This document shows positions 50,414 through 60,303 of a stretch of 64,000 bases of DNA, piece by piece; the first letter of the stretch is position 1, and the number at the start of each line of letters is the position of its first letter. Below the pieces are notes generated by a model. It searched no databases. It saw nothing but the letters and a program-made list of their open reading frames with translations, and was not told where the DNA came from. The stretch covers positions 1-64,000 of the IMG/VR virus record IMGVR_UViG_2616644925_000001; one strand, written 5' to 3'. This DNA is from a virus (lineage: Duplodnaviria; Caudoviricetes). The translations under genes were made by a program, and so were the position numbers.

Positions 50414-50447
50414 GAAACTTTATATAACACTTATTATTTAAAGTTTC
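50414..50447. other. 34-bp lox-type recombination site (pox-like)
   Basis: GAAACTTTATATA-ACACTTAT-TATTTAAAGTTTC: 13-bp arms (1 mismatch) and 8-bp spacer, ~190 bp upstream of cre. Confidence 0.9.
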
Positions 50448-50834
50448 CTATTTTGACACTTTTTGACCAGTGACTACCTGCAAGAGTAGCTAAATCGAAA
50501 AATTTGCAAATTCGTTACGTTATTGTAGGTGATCGACACCATGCCTTCATATATGATCATTTGGCATGCAATTTAATTGCCTATGGTAACTATTATCGGT
50601 TGGGATCATTGTCCCAGGCGCTTTGCAGCTGATACCTGTTACACAATCCTGAACACACAGTTTCGTTAATTGGCGTGTACAGCAGAAATATCTGACAGAT
50701 GCACATTGCAGACTATTCTTATTATTGCAATTCTAAGGAGAGTTGATTTTACATGGCTACTGATTCTGTCTATATTCGCCTGCATTAAGTCCAGAGAGAC
50801 TTGTACCGCTCATTAATATTTTTGGAATACAATT

Positions 50835-51914
50835 ATGCCTAACTTCAGCGATGTAGAATTTGAGAAGCGTTATAAACATTTTCTACAGGTACAGACCGAG
50901 TGGCTGACTCTCATCACGGACAACCTGATTTTCATTGATAAAAACGCCCTGGGCGAAGAATGCCGCCCGATCGGCTTTATCACTGACAAGAAGACCTTTC
51001 AGCGCGCAGAGCATCTGCTGGCAGACTGGCAGAGCTTTGCCGACCTGGCTGAAGAGAAGCGCCAGGCGCGCTCTATCGCGATCACGACGAACCTTTACCT
51101 TCCGGTGCCGACCCTGATCATAGAGCCGAAGCACGTTACGATTAACCGCTTCCGTGCAACAGCGACCGCGAACCACACCCGCGAAGATATCCTGAAGCGC
51201 TATGAGAAGCAGATCGGCAAGCTGCGCAAGGTTCCGTTCGCTGCCGGTGCCATCATGTCGCTGGAAGATGAAATGAAGGCGTTTGAAGCCGCCGCTCCTG
51301 GCGCAATGTACCGCGCCCGCACCAGCAACTACTCTGACATTCAGGTGACTGCGCGCTACACCGACGACAAAAAAGACGAAGGCGAATCGTTCCGTTATGG
51401 CGCGCATGGCATGCTCATCTACGGTGAGAACCTGAATAAAGAGCGTGATATCAAGCTGAACGTTAACAGCAATGGCGGTTACACGTCCTCTTACGACGTG
51501 ATCTCACCAGTAGCATGCTCAGTACTGCCGAATGCCAAGTTGTACACGATGGAAGACGTGGATTACAGCAAGCAGCTGGCCGCGCAGCGTTCCTCTGTGG
51601 CCTACACAGTGAACACGCGCCGCGCTCAGTTTGAGAACAGGGCAAAGGCTAAGATTGCGAAGGCAAAAGACGCAGGTGAAGCACGTCTGTTTAAGGCTGA
51701 AATAGACGAGAACCGCGACCTGTTGGAAAAGCTGGAAGCATACGACTGGGCGCTGCTGGAGAAGAAGGTAGCAGCAGGCGACACCGAACAGCTGACCATG
51801 CCAGAGATCCGCAAGCGCTATGGCGGCGAAGAGCCACGCGCTGGTAAGAACATGCGCAATATGTACAGCCTGCTGCGTGAGCTGGAAAGTAACCTGAAAA
51901 ATCAGGGCAAATAA
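50835..51914 (+). CDS. c1: Primary lytic repressor (P1 C1 homolog)
   Basis: LYLPVPTL...YRAR...SYDVISPVAC...AKLY aligns with P1 C1 as recalled; convergent with pacB. Confidence 0.8.
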   Translation: MPNFSDVEFEKRYKHFLQVQTEWLTLITDNLIFIDKNALGEECRPIGFITDKKTFQRAEHLLADWQSFADLAEEKRQARSIAITTNLYLPVPTLIIEPKHVTINRFRATATANHTREDILKRYEKQIGKLRKVPFAAGAIMSLEDEMKAFEAAAPGAMYRARTSNYSDIQVTARYTDDKKDEGESFRYGAHGMLIYGENLNKERDIKLNVNSNGGYTSSYDVISPVACSVLPNAKLYTMEDVDYSKQLAAQRSSVAYTVNTRRAQFENRAKAKIAKAKDAGEARLFKAEIDENRDLLEKLEAYDWALLEKKVAAGDTEQLTMPEIRKRYGGEEPRAGKNMRNMYSLLRELESNLKNQGK

Positions 51915-51946
51915 CAGTCGGTATTCTGCCACCAGCAGGTAAAACA

Positions 51947-51971
51947 GAAGGGCGCATAAGCGCCCTTTTTT
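51947..51971 (+). terminator. Intrinsic terminator after c1
   Basis: gaagggcgc-ataa-gcgccc-T7. Confidence 0.8.
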
Positions 51972-52040
51972 ATGCCCGTAAATCAGCCACTTTGACTAAT
52001 TCTCATTCGTTTACTGACTACAGTGGTTGCCTGCTGGTGG

Positions 52041-53552
52041 TCAGGCCAGCAGCGCATCCAGTTCCGATAGTTCATCCAGTTTGCTCTGCGTGAAGTCGGC
52101 CATATCTTCACTCAGTTCGGCTTCTGCCGGACGGTAGCCGATCAGGAAAATGAAGCAGTAAGTATCCCATCGGTCAGGCGACTTGATATTGAGTTTCTGG
52201 CGCATCTGCGGCTTCGGCACCATCATGATTCGCCCCATTTCATCCATGAAGTACGGAATCTTTGAAGCCTGCTCTGCGGTGTGCTGCGAGATATCAATGC
52301 GCATCCGGCCCGAACGGATCGCGTCAGCAGCCATGATGTTCGACCAGGCGCGCTGGTTCTTGAATCGCTCTCTCACCTTCTTACTAAAAGGTGGCTGGCC
52401 CCAGCGGATGCTGACTGCGTTCACGCCCCGGCGCTCTAGCTGCTTTAGCGTACCTGAACCCACGCCGTCACCATCCACGGCAATGGTGATGCCCGGATAA
52501 CGCTCCTGGGTGCATTCGTTGGCGATGTAGTCACCGAACGATATCGGGTCCATTGTGCCGGGCATTTCCAGCAGCTTGAACGACACGACGCGGCGCGCAT
52601 CGCCGTACCCGGATACCTTGCAGATATTGAGGATCGACTTATCGCGCCCGTTACCGACGTCGGCGGTAGCCACCCACCCCCAGCCCTTCTCCAGATACAC
52701 TTTCCGGCGCGCTGCGCGATCGCACTCGTCACGCCCCAGCAGATATCCGCTGACGTTGCGCGGGAAGCGGCCCAGCACCTTCACCATGTATTCCAGAGAG
52801 TCACGCCCGCCGTACTCCACCAGCTTTTCGCGGATGAATTTCAGGGTAACGTGCGGCGCTTCCTCGGAGTTGAGCACAATGGCATTCCAGAAGCCGTTAG
52901 GGTTATCCGGGTGTCTGGCTAACGAATGGTGCGAATCATAGAAGTAACCACTGGGGCGTGTAGGCTGCGACATCATCAGCATACGGTTATCTTCTTCTGT
53001 CAGCGCACCACGCATGATAGCGATCGCTTTATCAGAGATGCCCGACGCCTCATCGAGAATCAGCAGAATGTGTGCGGCGTGCTCACCAGCCAGCGCTTCC
53101 TCGTTACCTAGGCGATAGCCCTTACAGAGCACCTCCCAGATGCCCTTACGCGACTTCTCATAAAACATGGTGTCGGTCAGGGTGAAGTAGTTCTGAAGCC
53201 ACGGGTGACGTCTGGCGGCGTTCGCCCAGTAGGTTTTGACGTACTTGAATACGCCGGTCTTAACCTGCCCGATTTTGTTGGCCACGATGATTACGCGGGC
53301 ATCCGGGTACATGATCATGTAGATCAGCAGCATCATGGCCGTCAGGGATGATTTACCCGTACCATGCCCGGACGTGACGGTTGTCTGGCTCCCCGTCTCC
53401 TGCACAGAGTTCATGATCTCTTCCTGCTGCCAAGTGGGGATCATGCCAAATAGCTCAACGACGGCCAGCGCCCAGTTATAGCGGTAGCGGATAACCATAT
53501 CGCGCCAGCGCGGGTCCGTGGTGACGCTCTTTATGCGCTTCTTACCGCTCAT
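52041..53552 (-). CDS. pacB: Terminase large subunit (PacB)
   Basis: SGHGTGKS Walker A, ILDEASG Walker B, KSPDRWD. Confidence 0.95.
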   Translation of the reverse strand: MSGKKRIKSVTTDPRWRDMVIRYRYNWALAVVELFGMIPTWQQEEIMNSVQETGSQTTVTSGHGTGKSSLTAMMLLIYMIMYPDARVIIVANKIGQVKTGVFKYVKTYWANAARRHPWLQNYFTLTDTMFYEKSRKGIWEVLCKGYRLGNEEALAGEHAAHILLILDEASGISDKAIAIMRGALTEEDNRMLMMSQPTRPSGYFYDSHHSLARHPDNPNGFWNAIVLNSEEAPHVTLKFIREKLVEYGGRDSLEYMVKVLGRFPRNVSGYLLGRDECDRAARRKVYLEKGWGWVATADVGNGRDKSILNICKVSGYGDARRVVSFKLLEMPGTMDPISFGDYIANECTQERYPGITIAVDGDGVGSGTLKQLERRGVNAVSIRWGQPPFSKKVRERFKNQRAWSNIMAADAIRSGRMRIDISQHTAEQASKIPYFMDEMGRIMMVPKPQMRQKLNIKSPDRWDTYCFIFLIGYRPAEAELSEDMADFTQSKLDELSELDALLA

Positions 53553-54829
53553 CAGGCTTCATCCTCGCCTGGTATGACGTCTATCTCTGGCGGTACATCA
53601 TCGTCATCATCACCGTACAGCTCCGCCGTGGCCATAAAGTCAAAGTTGCCTGTGAGATTGCCCTCGCCCGTTGTTTCGCCGGCGCGGTTCTCTCCGTCCG
53701 CCTGGACGTCACCAAATCCTCCGCCATCAACCAGCGCCGCGACCGCTGCGCGCCGTTCCTCAACAAAGGCCGCGCTGGTGGCCTGCTGTTCACGGAATTT
53801 CCGCGCATCCCGGTCCAGCTGATCCTCACTGACCGCCCCGGATTCATCAACTGGCGGCTCAGCATTCTTGAGCTCGTTCTCAAGGCGTCTGGACAGCGAC
53901 TCTGGCAGCTTAATGCCGTGCCGCTCGATGTACTCGGCCGTCTCAAGTAAATCCCAGTCTTTTTCCTCGCGCAGCTGGTACGCACGGCTGATCACCTCAC
54001 CGGCGTTATGCGTCAGCGCATGCTTCTCATTGTCGCGCCGGTTCTTATCGGTGCCGCTGGCGATCGCCGCCACCCGCGTAGCGTGGTCATTGACCAGATA
54101 ACCGACCTCGATCATCAGCTTGGTCATCTTCAGGATGGGGTGCGGCCCGCCGCCGCCCTCGTCATCATCCTTTTTGCCGCCGTTCTTCAGGTTGTCGGCT
54201 TCAATCTCAAACAGTTCGACCGCCCGCGCCGTGGTGCGCTTCAGCAGGTCCATGTGTGCCAGCGAGTCAAACAGCACCGTCATGGCGCTGGCTTCCACGC
54301 CCTCGCCCAGCACCTCTAACGCTGATTCGTAATCCTCCGGCCGCGGGTAGCCGCGCCGATTGGCCACCAGCTTAGTTTCATGCCCCTCTTCAAACGGTTT
54401 GCCCTCTCCGCGGGGCTTCGGGGTGTGCTTCGGGCGCCCGGAATACTGATCACCGGCATTTATGATCTTTTTGGCATGTGAAGCATTGGGCTTTTTCTTC
54501 GCGCCTGGCTGCGCTGCTGCGTCAGCGCGTGGTTCCAGCACCCCCTCTAAAGCCGCACTGTGCCTGACTTTGCGCCCGTTTCTGCGGATGATCAGGTCTT
54601 CTTTTTTGGTGTGATCATTTTGATGATCAGAAGCGTGATCACTCGAATGATCATGATTGTGATCACCAGCCTGATCACGCATCGCGGCCAGCGCTTTGCC
54701 GTTCAGCTCCCGGCGTGCAGTGTTAAACGGCAGACCGTAGTGCTCACAGTACTCTTTGACGGTTATCCCGTTCTGCGCCTTCTGCTCGATGAAGGCTTTT
54801 CTGTGGTCATCCCAGTTAACTTTGGACAT
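53552..54829 (-). CDS. pacA: Terminase small subunit (PacA)
   Basis: N-terminal HTH; contains TGATCA pac repeats; coupled to pacB. Confidence 0.88.
   Translation of the reverse strand: MSKVNWDDHRKAFIEQKAQNGITVKEYCEHYGLPFNTARRELNGKALAAMRDQAGDHNHDHSSDHASDHQNDHTKKEDLIIRRNGRKVRHSAALEGVLEPRADAAAQPGAKKKPNASHAKKIINAGDQYSGRPKHTPKPRGEGKPFEEGHETKLVANRRGYPRPEDYESALEVLGEGVEASAMTVLFDSLAHMDLLKRTTARAVELFEIEADNLKNGGKKDDDEGGGGPHPILKMTKLMIEVGYLVNDHATRVAAIASGTDKNRRDNEKHALTHNAGEVISRAYQLREEKDWDLLETAEYIERHGIKLPESLSRRLENELKNAEPPVDESGAVSEDQLDRDARKFREQQATSAAFVEERRAAVAALVDGGGFGDVQADGENRAGETTGEGNLTGNFDFMATAELYGDDDDDVPPEIDVIPGEDEA
54447..54677. repeat. pac site: TGATCA hexamer array within pacA
   Basis: TGATCA at 54612, 54624, 54636, 54648, 54660, 54672 (12-bp period), plus 54589 and 54447. 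Confidence 0.8.
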
Positions 54830-54862
54830 GGTTTATCGTTCAAAAGAGGCCAATGAACCGGG

Positions 54863-54883
54863 ATGGTATGGAGTCTGTAATTT
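54863..54883 (-). promoter_or_regulatory. Late (Lpa-type) promoter for pacAB
   Basis: AAATTACAGA-N5-TACCAT. Confidence 0.7.
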
Positions 54884-55014
54884 GCAGTGATCACATTAAT
54901 GATCATTATCGCAGCTAACGAGCCGTTTTAGTGCCTTACTAATGGACAAAACCGGAATATGTGGTACTTTGATTGCTCGTTCGCAGTATGAAATTAACCA
55001 CTGGATAATATTAA

Positions 55015-56142
55015 ATGACTAAGAATAAAGCTGTTTTAGTGGCAGTAGACGCAGGCTCTGGCAACATTGCGCTGACTTACGCTGATGAAGTCTCAGGACG
55101 CTGGATCACCTCTGTGACCCCCTCACTGATACTGGAGGGCCACCAGCAGTCTTTCGCGGCTGAATCCCAGTCAACATGGCTGACAACGGATGCCAGCGGC
55201 AAAGAGCGCGCTTACACCGTCATGAAGAAAGGCTATGACCTGTATGACACCTGTGACCCTAACTATCAGGTCTCACCTGCTCACCGCGTCCTGATTGCCG
55301 ATGCACTGAACCGTGCTGGCCTCGGTGGCCGTGATGTGATCATTGGTGAAACATTGCCGGTGAACCAGTTTTATAGCGCTATGGGTGTGATTAATGAAGC
55401 CCGTATCCGTGAAAAGGTTGCCAGCCTGAAAACGCCTGTCACCAATTACCGCGACGGCAGCGAACCGGCTAACATCATTCACGTCGAAGTATTCCCTGAA
55501 GCCGTTCCTGCCATCGTTTCGGCACAGGCTGATAATCCGGAGCTGGCCGACGCTGAGCAGACGCTGGTTGTAGACCTGGGACGCTTCACCTGTGATATCG
55601 CTCTCGTTGATAAAGACCTGATGCCTGTGAAGAAGGCCAGCTATGAGCACGGCGTTCAGAAGATGATTGAGCGCGTCCATGCGCTGCTGCCAGAATTTGA
55701 AGAAAAGCTGGGTAAATCGTTCGGCGCATCTGATCTCAGCGTCGATAGCGTGGATGCCATCATTCGTCAGGGTTATATCGGTTCCCGTCTGGAAAGCGCT
55801 AAATCGAAACGTATTGATATCAGCGAAGTCATCGACCAGGCCGCATCTGAGCTGGCAGAGAAAATCTGGCAAGACGTGCGTGCGCTGCACCGTAATACCC
55901 GTGATGTTGACGTCGTGCTGGTTGTTGGTGGCGGCGCTAACTACATCGCAGGCAAGCTGCCAGGACTGACCGATCACACCGCTGACTGGCATGATGTTGT
56001 TGTTGTGCCGAATAACCCTGAAATGGCTATAGCGCGTGGCGTCTATCTGGCGCTGCAGGCCTCAGAGGCCGATATTCTGGCGGATATCAATAGTGCGGCG
56101 TCTGTCAGCGATATCCGTAGCCGGACCAACGAGAAGGGCTAA
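55015..56142 (+). CDS. parM: ParM/StbA actin-like partition ATPase
   Basis: VDAGSGN, VFPEA, VDLGRFTCD and VGGGA motifs. Confidence 0.88.
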   Translation: MTKNKAVLVAVDAGSGNIALTYADEVSGRWITSVTPSLILEGHQQSFAAESQSTWLTTDASGKERAYTVMKKGYDLYDTCDPNYQVSPAHRVLIADALNRAGLGGRDVIIGETLPVNQFYSAMGVINEARIREKVASLKTPVTNYRDGSEPANIIHVEVFPEAVPAIVSAQADNPELADAEQTLVVDLGRFTCDIALVDKDLMPVKKASYEHGVQKMIERVHALLPEFEEKLGKSFGASDLSVDSVDAIIRQGYIGSRLESAKSKRIDISEVIDQAASELAEKIWQDVRALHRNTRDVDVVLVVGGGANYIAGKLPGLTDHTADWHDVVVVPNNPEMAIARGVYLALQASEADILADINSAASVSDIRSRTNEKG

Positions 56143-56144
56143 CT

Positions 56145-56687
56145 ATGGCACAGGTGATTAAATTTACCGGGCTTGAGGAAGGCGGGCTTTTCAGCCGCTC
56201 TATGCTCGAAGACTACAACAAGCTGAAGACGAATCCCGCAAAACGCGCCTTTGTGATCAACGTCATTCGATCAGGCTATGCAGTCGAAATGATGGGCCTT
56301 GCACCAATCCTCGCGCTGATGGAAGAGACGTATGCTGATACGTTCATGACCATGACCAAGCGTGAGCGGCTGCAGCGCCTGCTTTCGCTAATCAGTGTCA
56401 CGCTGGGTGAAACCACGCCGCCGACGCCTGGTATGCAGCCGGTACAGGCACCAGTGGCAGAACCAGCAGCCGCTGTCGTTGCAGCGCCACCAGCTGAGAA
56501 GGCTCAACCGGCACAGGCCGAGGATAATTCCAGCGAAGCCGCTCAACCAGCACAGGCCGAGAGTCAGCCGGAGGCGGTTAGAGTTACTCATAATGAGGAT
56601 GACAATTCATCCATGCGCGTTGAAGAAGCACCCAAAGGTGTTGCATCGAGCGCCTTAAAGCTGCCACGCCACAGAGTTTCAGGCTAA
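56145..56687 (+). CDS. Putative ParR/StbB-like adaptor
   Basis: Directly follows parM; disordered Pro/Ala/Glu-rich C-terminus. Confidence 0.55.
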   Translation: MAQVIKFTGLEEGGLFSRSMLEDYNKLKTNPAKRAFVINVIRSGYAVEMMGLAPILALMEETYADTFMTMTKRERLQRLLSLISVTLGETTPPTPGMQPVQAPVAEPAAAVVAAPPAEKAQPAQAEDNSSEAAQPAQAESQPEAVRVTHNEDDNSSMRVEEAPKGVASSALKLPRHRVSG

Positions 56688-56702
56688 GTCGCTCTGCCCC
56701 GT

Positions 56703-57110
56703 TCACATGAGCGGGGCATTTTCCATTCTTCCCCGTCTGCACATATCCATCAATTCCCGCGCCAGCGCGCATATCGACAGCTGTTCCATTTCCTTCTTCT
56801 GCAGCACACGCTTTGTAGCGCTTTCCACACACAGCGAGTCGTAATTCAGATCCTTTCTTCCCCTCACCTTGAAAATGTAGCCGTTCATGGCCTCCAGACG
56901 ATACTGCCGGGGATAGGCGTCGGGATGTACCCGGCATTGTGCGAACGGCGAACGGACAAAGGAGCGCAGGATATTCGAGATAATGCCGGTATTAACCATC
57001 AGGTGCGGGTATTCCTCTTCCACCAGCTTAGTGACCTCGGCCACCGTCATATAGTCCTTCCTGCGAATTAACAGATCGGCCACCTCAATACTGCTCACCT
57101 TTTGTTCCAT
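56703..57110 (-). CDS. lpa: Late promoter activator (P1 Lpa)
   Basis: SSIEVADLLIR...EEEYPHLMV...PRQY resembles P1 Lpa as recalled. Confidence 0.75.
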   Translation of the reverse strand: MEQKVSSIEVADLLIRRKDYMTVAEVTKLVEEEYPHLMVNTGIISNILRSFVRSPFAQCRVHPDAYPRQYRLEAMNGYIFKVRGRKDLNYDSLCVESATKRVLQKKEMEQLSICALARELMDMCRRGRMENAPLM

Positions 57111-57462
57111 AGACTGCTCCGCTTTTAATCACTACAAGCAATTCTAAGGTTTGTATAATCAGCGCAAGGTTGAATGGCGTAAATATCGCCATTATTAGCA
57201 GGTATAAATGGGTTTTCAGGACGATTCCACGCATGCAGGATGCAGATCTTTACTGGCTGGTGGCTTTATCTGGAAATGATGACCGCAGTACGGACGGTAT
57301 GAAATGACACACTCAGTGGCGCAATGCCGTGCCACAAAAAATTAAGTGAACAGCGGTATTTTCATGGTAAACCCGGATATTTTGCTTAGATTTTAAAAAT
57401 TAACTTAAGAAAATATCCGTTTTTCAGCCCAATAATGGCCCCCAGAGGGGGGCATGGCTTTT

Positions 57463-57930
57463 CTACTTTTTTCTGGGAGCTGTTTTTGAAAGCTTAGCCA
57501 ACAGTGCTTCGTTTGCCGCCCTGGCAGAGTTCATCGCTGTAGGCGTTAAAGCACCCATTGTAGGATTTGTTGGTTGCGGGATGCGAGTTTTGTGTGCAGG
57601 AGCGCGAGCAAACCACTCATCTGTATAAAATATTTTTACTGTGTTAGCCAAATCAAACTTTGTATCATGCTGGAGCCCAGTGATAGCAAAGTCAGGGTCG
57701 GTAGTTGGAATAATGAACTCACCAACAAAGCACTTACTTGTATTGGAGGTTCCATAAGCAACGATGACAGCATGGTTCGTTGGATCGTTAGCCAGCACTA
57801 AGGCAGGTCGTAGTTTGGCCGGAACGCCTGGCAAATTATGGTTTTGAAACTTGCACCACACAATTGAGCCAGGCGTGGCCAGTGGGTGATAAGGATTAAA
57901 GGTAGTGCTATTTGAACTTTGAGCTGCCAT
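57463..57930 (-). CDS. PemK/MazF-like toxin
   Basis: PGSIVWCKF...KLRPALVL...VAYGTS. Confidence 0.75.
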   Translation of the reverse strand: MAAQSSNSTTFNPYHPLATPGSIVWCKFQNHNLPGVPAKLRPALVLANDPTNHAVIVAYGTSNTSKCFVGEFIIPTTDPDFAITGLQHDTKFDLANTVKIFYTDEWFARAPAHKTRIPQPTNPTMGALTPTAMNSARAANEALLAKLSKTAPRKK

Positions 57931-57940
57931 TTTGTCTCCA

Positions 57941-58225
57941 TCAGAACAGTCTATTGATAAAACTCTCCTCCGGAATGTCACTTGCCGCACTGGCGTCGCG
58001 AATTATCTGGATTTGAGCTGGCGTTAGCTGCTCATCATCGGGCTGATATGTCGGCAGATAATTATCGGCTAACGTTCTCAGCGCAAGATGCGCAACCTCG
58101 GTTTGGCTCAGGCCCAGCCCACTCATCAGCAAGTTCATTGTATCTTCGCTGACTCCTGTAGGTGAGTCCTGACGTTTTAATCTGAACAAAAAGCTATGTA
58201 CTTGTTTTTCAGTTGAATTTTGCAT
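57941..58225 (-). CDS. Cognate antitoxin candidate
   Basis: 94 aa with acidic C-terminus; directly upstream of the toxin. Confidence 0.65.
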   Translation of the reverse strand: MQNSTEKQVHSFLFRLKRQDSPTGVSEDTMNLLMSGLGLSQTEVAHLALRTLADNYLPTYQPDDEQLTPAQIQIIRDASAASDIPEESFINRLF

Positions 58226-58746
58226 TGTGTTACTCCGATATCTTTTAGATCAATAAGCGGGCAGCTTGCTCAAAAGGGAAAAGAAATAAAACGCTTTTGA
58301 GGCCGTTATCACGCTTAGACAGTCAGACGTTGCGCCAGACTTATATCTTATTGGCAGGTGTTATTGATGCTATTGCTGCATCAAGTACCCTGATGTGAAG
58401 AGGTGCCTGCATTGCCATGCGGACACCTCTTATGTGCTGGGAACAACTTATGTCCTCACTATCCAATCCACTCATCATCTCAATTTCAAAATTCATACAA
58501 TTTCTCACAAGTAAGGTTTCACAGTTCCTATAGGGTTTCTGATTCAGCTTTACAATTATTTAATTCTACGATTTACAGTTCTACGATTTACAGTTCAAAG
58601 AATACTAATATTCCACTTGCAATATATCAAAAGTATATCATCTCGTCAATACATTGATATAGATTTGATATACATGCAAAGGATCTAAGACCATCACAAT
58701 TCATTCACAATTTGTTATCACGTTACAGCGTAACTCTGTGAATCGC

Positions 58747-59337
58747 TTACACCAGTTTCCAGTCGCTTGCGAGAAGATCCGTTGAGGCTGGCGCCCAGTC
58801 GGAGACAGTCAGCTTTTCTGTATCAACGAGCAAAAGCTGGGGCATCTGAGTTACGGCCACATCCTGGCTGCAATCAAAGTAGCGGGCCGGTACACCGTAT
58901 ATATCAGAACCGTTCAATGCTGCGCGTGTCAGCCCTCTGGTGAGGTGCAGATAAACACCCTTCCCCCATGCTGCCCGCGCCACTTTACAGCCCTCTGATA
59001 GCCACAGCTGGGCGACGGCCAGTGGTGCTTGCTCCTGCCTGAAATTTAGTTCGCCCTTCTCAATCAGCGCTTCATTGCGCAGAATCAGATCATTCAGCTT
59101 AATCAGCGCGGCACAGGCGGCGTGGTTCAACGTTTCACCATAACCGGTCATTGTGAGGCCACTTTTGCTGATAACGGCTGCGTATCCGTCAGTTTTGGTC
59201 TCAGACGTCTCTGTAATGGTGTATCCCAGGCGGGCAATGACAGCCAGCAGCGCCATGTAATCACCTGCATAGTCTGCTTCTGCGTCTGCAATCATGGCGA
59301 TGGTTGAATTTAACTGTTGAGCGGTCATCATTATCAA
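58747..59337 (-). CDS. DUF2829/Tad2-like protein with an extra N-terminal domain
   Basis: GCKVARAAWGKGVYL...WAPASTDLLASDW. Confidence 0.7.
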   Translation of the reverse strand: MIMMTAQQLNSTIAMIADAEADYAGDYMALLAVIARLGYTITETSETKTDGYAAVISKSGLTMTGYGETLNHAACAALIKLNDLILRNEALIEKGELNFRQEQAPLAVAQLWLSEGCKVARAAWGKGVYLHLTRGLTRAALNGSDIYGVPARYFDCSQDVAVTQMPQLLLVDTEKLTVSDWAPASTDLLASDWKLV

Positions 59338-59549
59338 TAGCCTCGTTTCTGCGCTGCCTGTCTCTGTTTTTTCACGTCAGGAATGTTTGTGGCCAGACGA
59401 CATATTCCCTGCTCGATGTCTTCCTGCAGGGGTGGCCAGTTCTCATTCACCAGCAACGTTCTCACCTGCGGGACCGGAACGGTCGGCGGACGGCGGGCAA
59501 CCCAGCTGAGACTTCCCATAATTGCGCCCATCAGAGCGATCTTCTTCAT
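59334..59549 (-). CDS. Small hypothetical protein
   Basis: MKKIALMG...; AGGAAGAG RBS; stop overlaps the next start. Confidence 0.5.
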   Translation of the reverse strand: MKKIALMGAIMGSLSWVARRPPTVPVPQVRTLLVNENWPPLQEDIEQGICRLATNIPDVKKQRQAAQKRGY

Positions 59550-59688
59550 GCGTTTTCTCTTCCTGCAGGCGTGCAGAATCCCCGGCAGGCGCCGGTGATC
59601 AAAGTTCACCTGGTTAAATCCGGCGTGGGATACGCACGGCGGTAATTTGAAGCCTGCGCCGGCGCGTGGCCGGGTGGCTATAATGGTA

Positions 59689-59789
59689 TTGTGCTGCCCG
59701 GATTCGAACCGGCTACCGTCCGTCTGTCCCCATCAGGCCTTACGGCTATTTAATGGAACGGCGGTTGCTTCCGTTAAGCGGCAACACAA
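59689..59789 (-). ncRNA. tRNA-like RNA with an enlarged anticodon arm
   Basis: Acceptor GTGTTGC/GCAGCAC, D-arm GCTT-AACGG-AAGC, T-arm CCGG-TTCGAAT-CCGG. Confidence 0.65.
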
Positions 59790-60021
59790 CGGTAAAAGCA
59801 CATTGCAGGCGCTCTTACCTGTTGTCCTGTCTCAGCATGCCACCAGTTGCGCGATCAGCCATTTGTGACCGGCAAACAGTCCTGCATTAAGCAGGCAGTG
59901 AAACATGACAAACTGCATGGCTCTCATAGTCTTCGTGTAGTTGCTGTCACTCATGCGTTCTGCATCCGGATAAACTGACTGTATGACACTGATGATGCCT
60001 GATATGTCAGGTAAAGCGTTA

Positions 60022-60161
60022 GTGGTGGCCGGTGCCATACCCGGCAAATAACCTCTCAAGTGACTGGTCAACCTGGTTACTGGCGGCTTTAACCCCTGTG
60101 TACGCGACTGAGGATGCGGGGGCCAGTCTTGCGATCGCAGCAGCAACTGCGAATGCACCAC
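60022..60161 (-). ncRNA. C4-antisense-like structured RNA
   Basis: GTGGTG...GCCGGGTATGGCACCGGC-CACCAC closing architecture typical of C4 RNAs. Confidence 0.65.
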
Positions 60162-60303
60162 AACGGAGAGAGCACTGCATTTGACCACCTTACGCCGCGT
60201 GTCCCGTAACGTTGCCTTTGCGACCTTACTACTTTGCCGCCAGGGGAAGTTACACAGGGGCAGGCCATATATCCGGCGCAATGCTCTTTCCTGTTGGTGT
60301 GAC

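Noticed and set aside
58564-58596. Tandem repeat upstream of a MazF-fold gene as a type III (ToxI-like) antitoxin
   Set aside because: Only about two 15-bp units are present, far shorter than ToxI repeats, and a protein antitoxin candidate exists.
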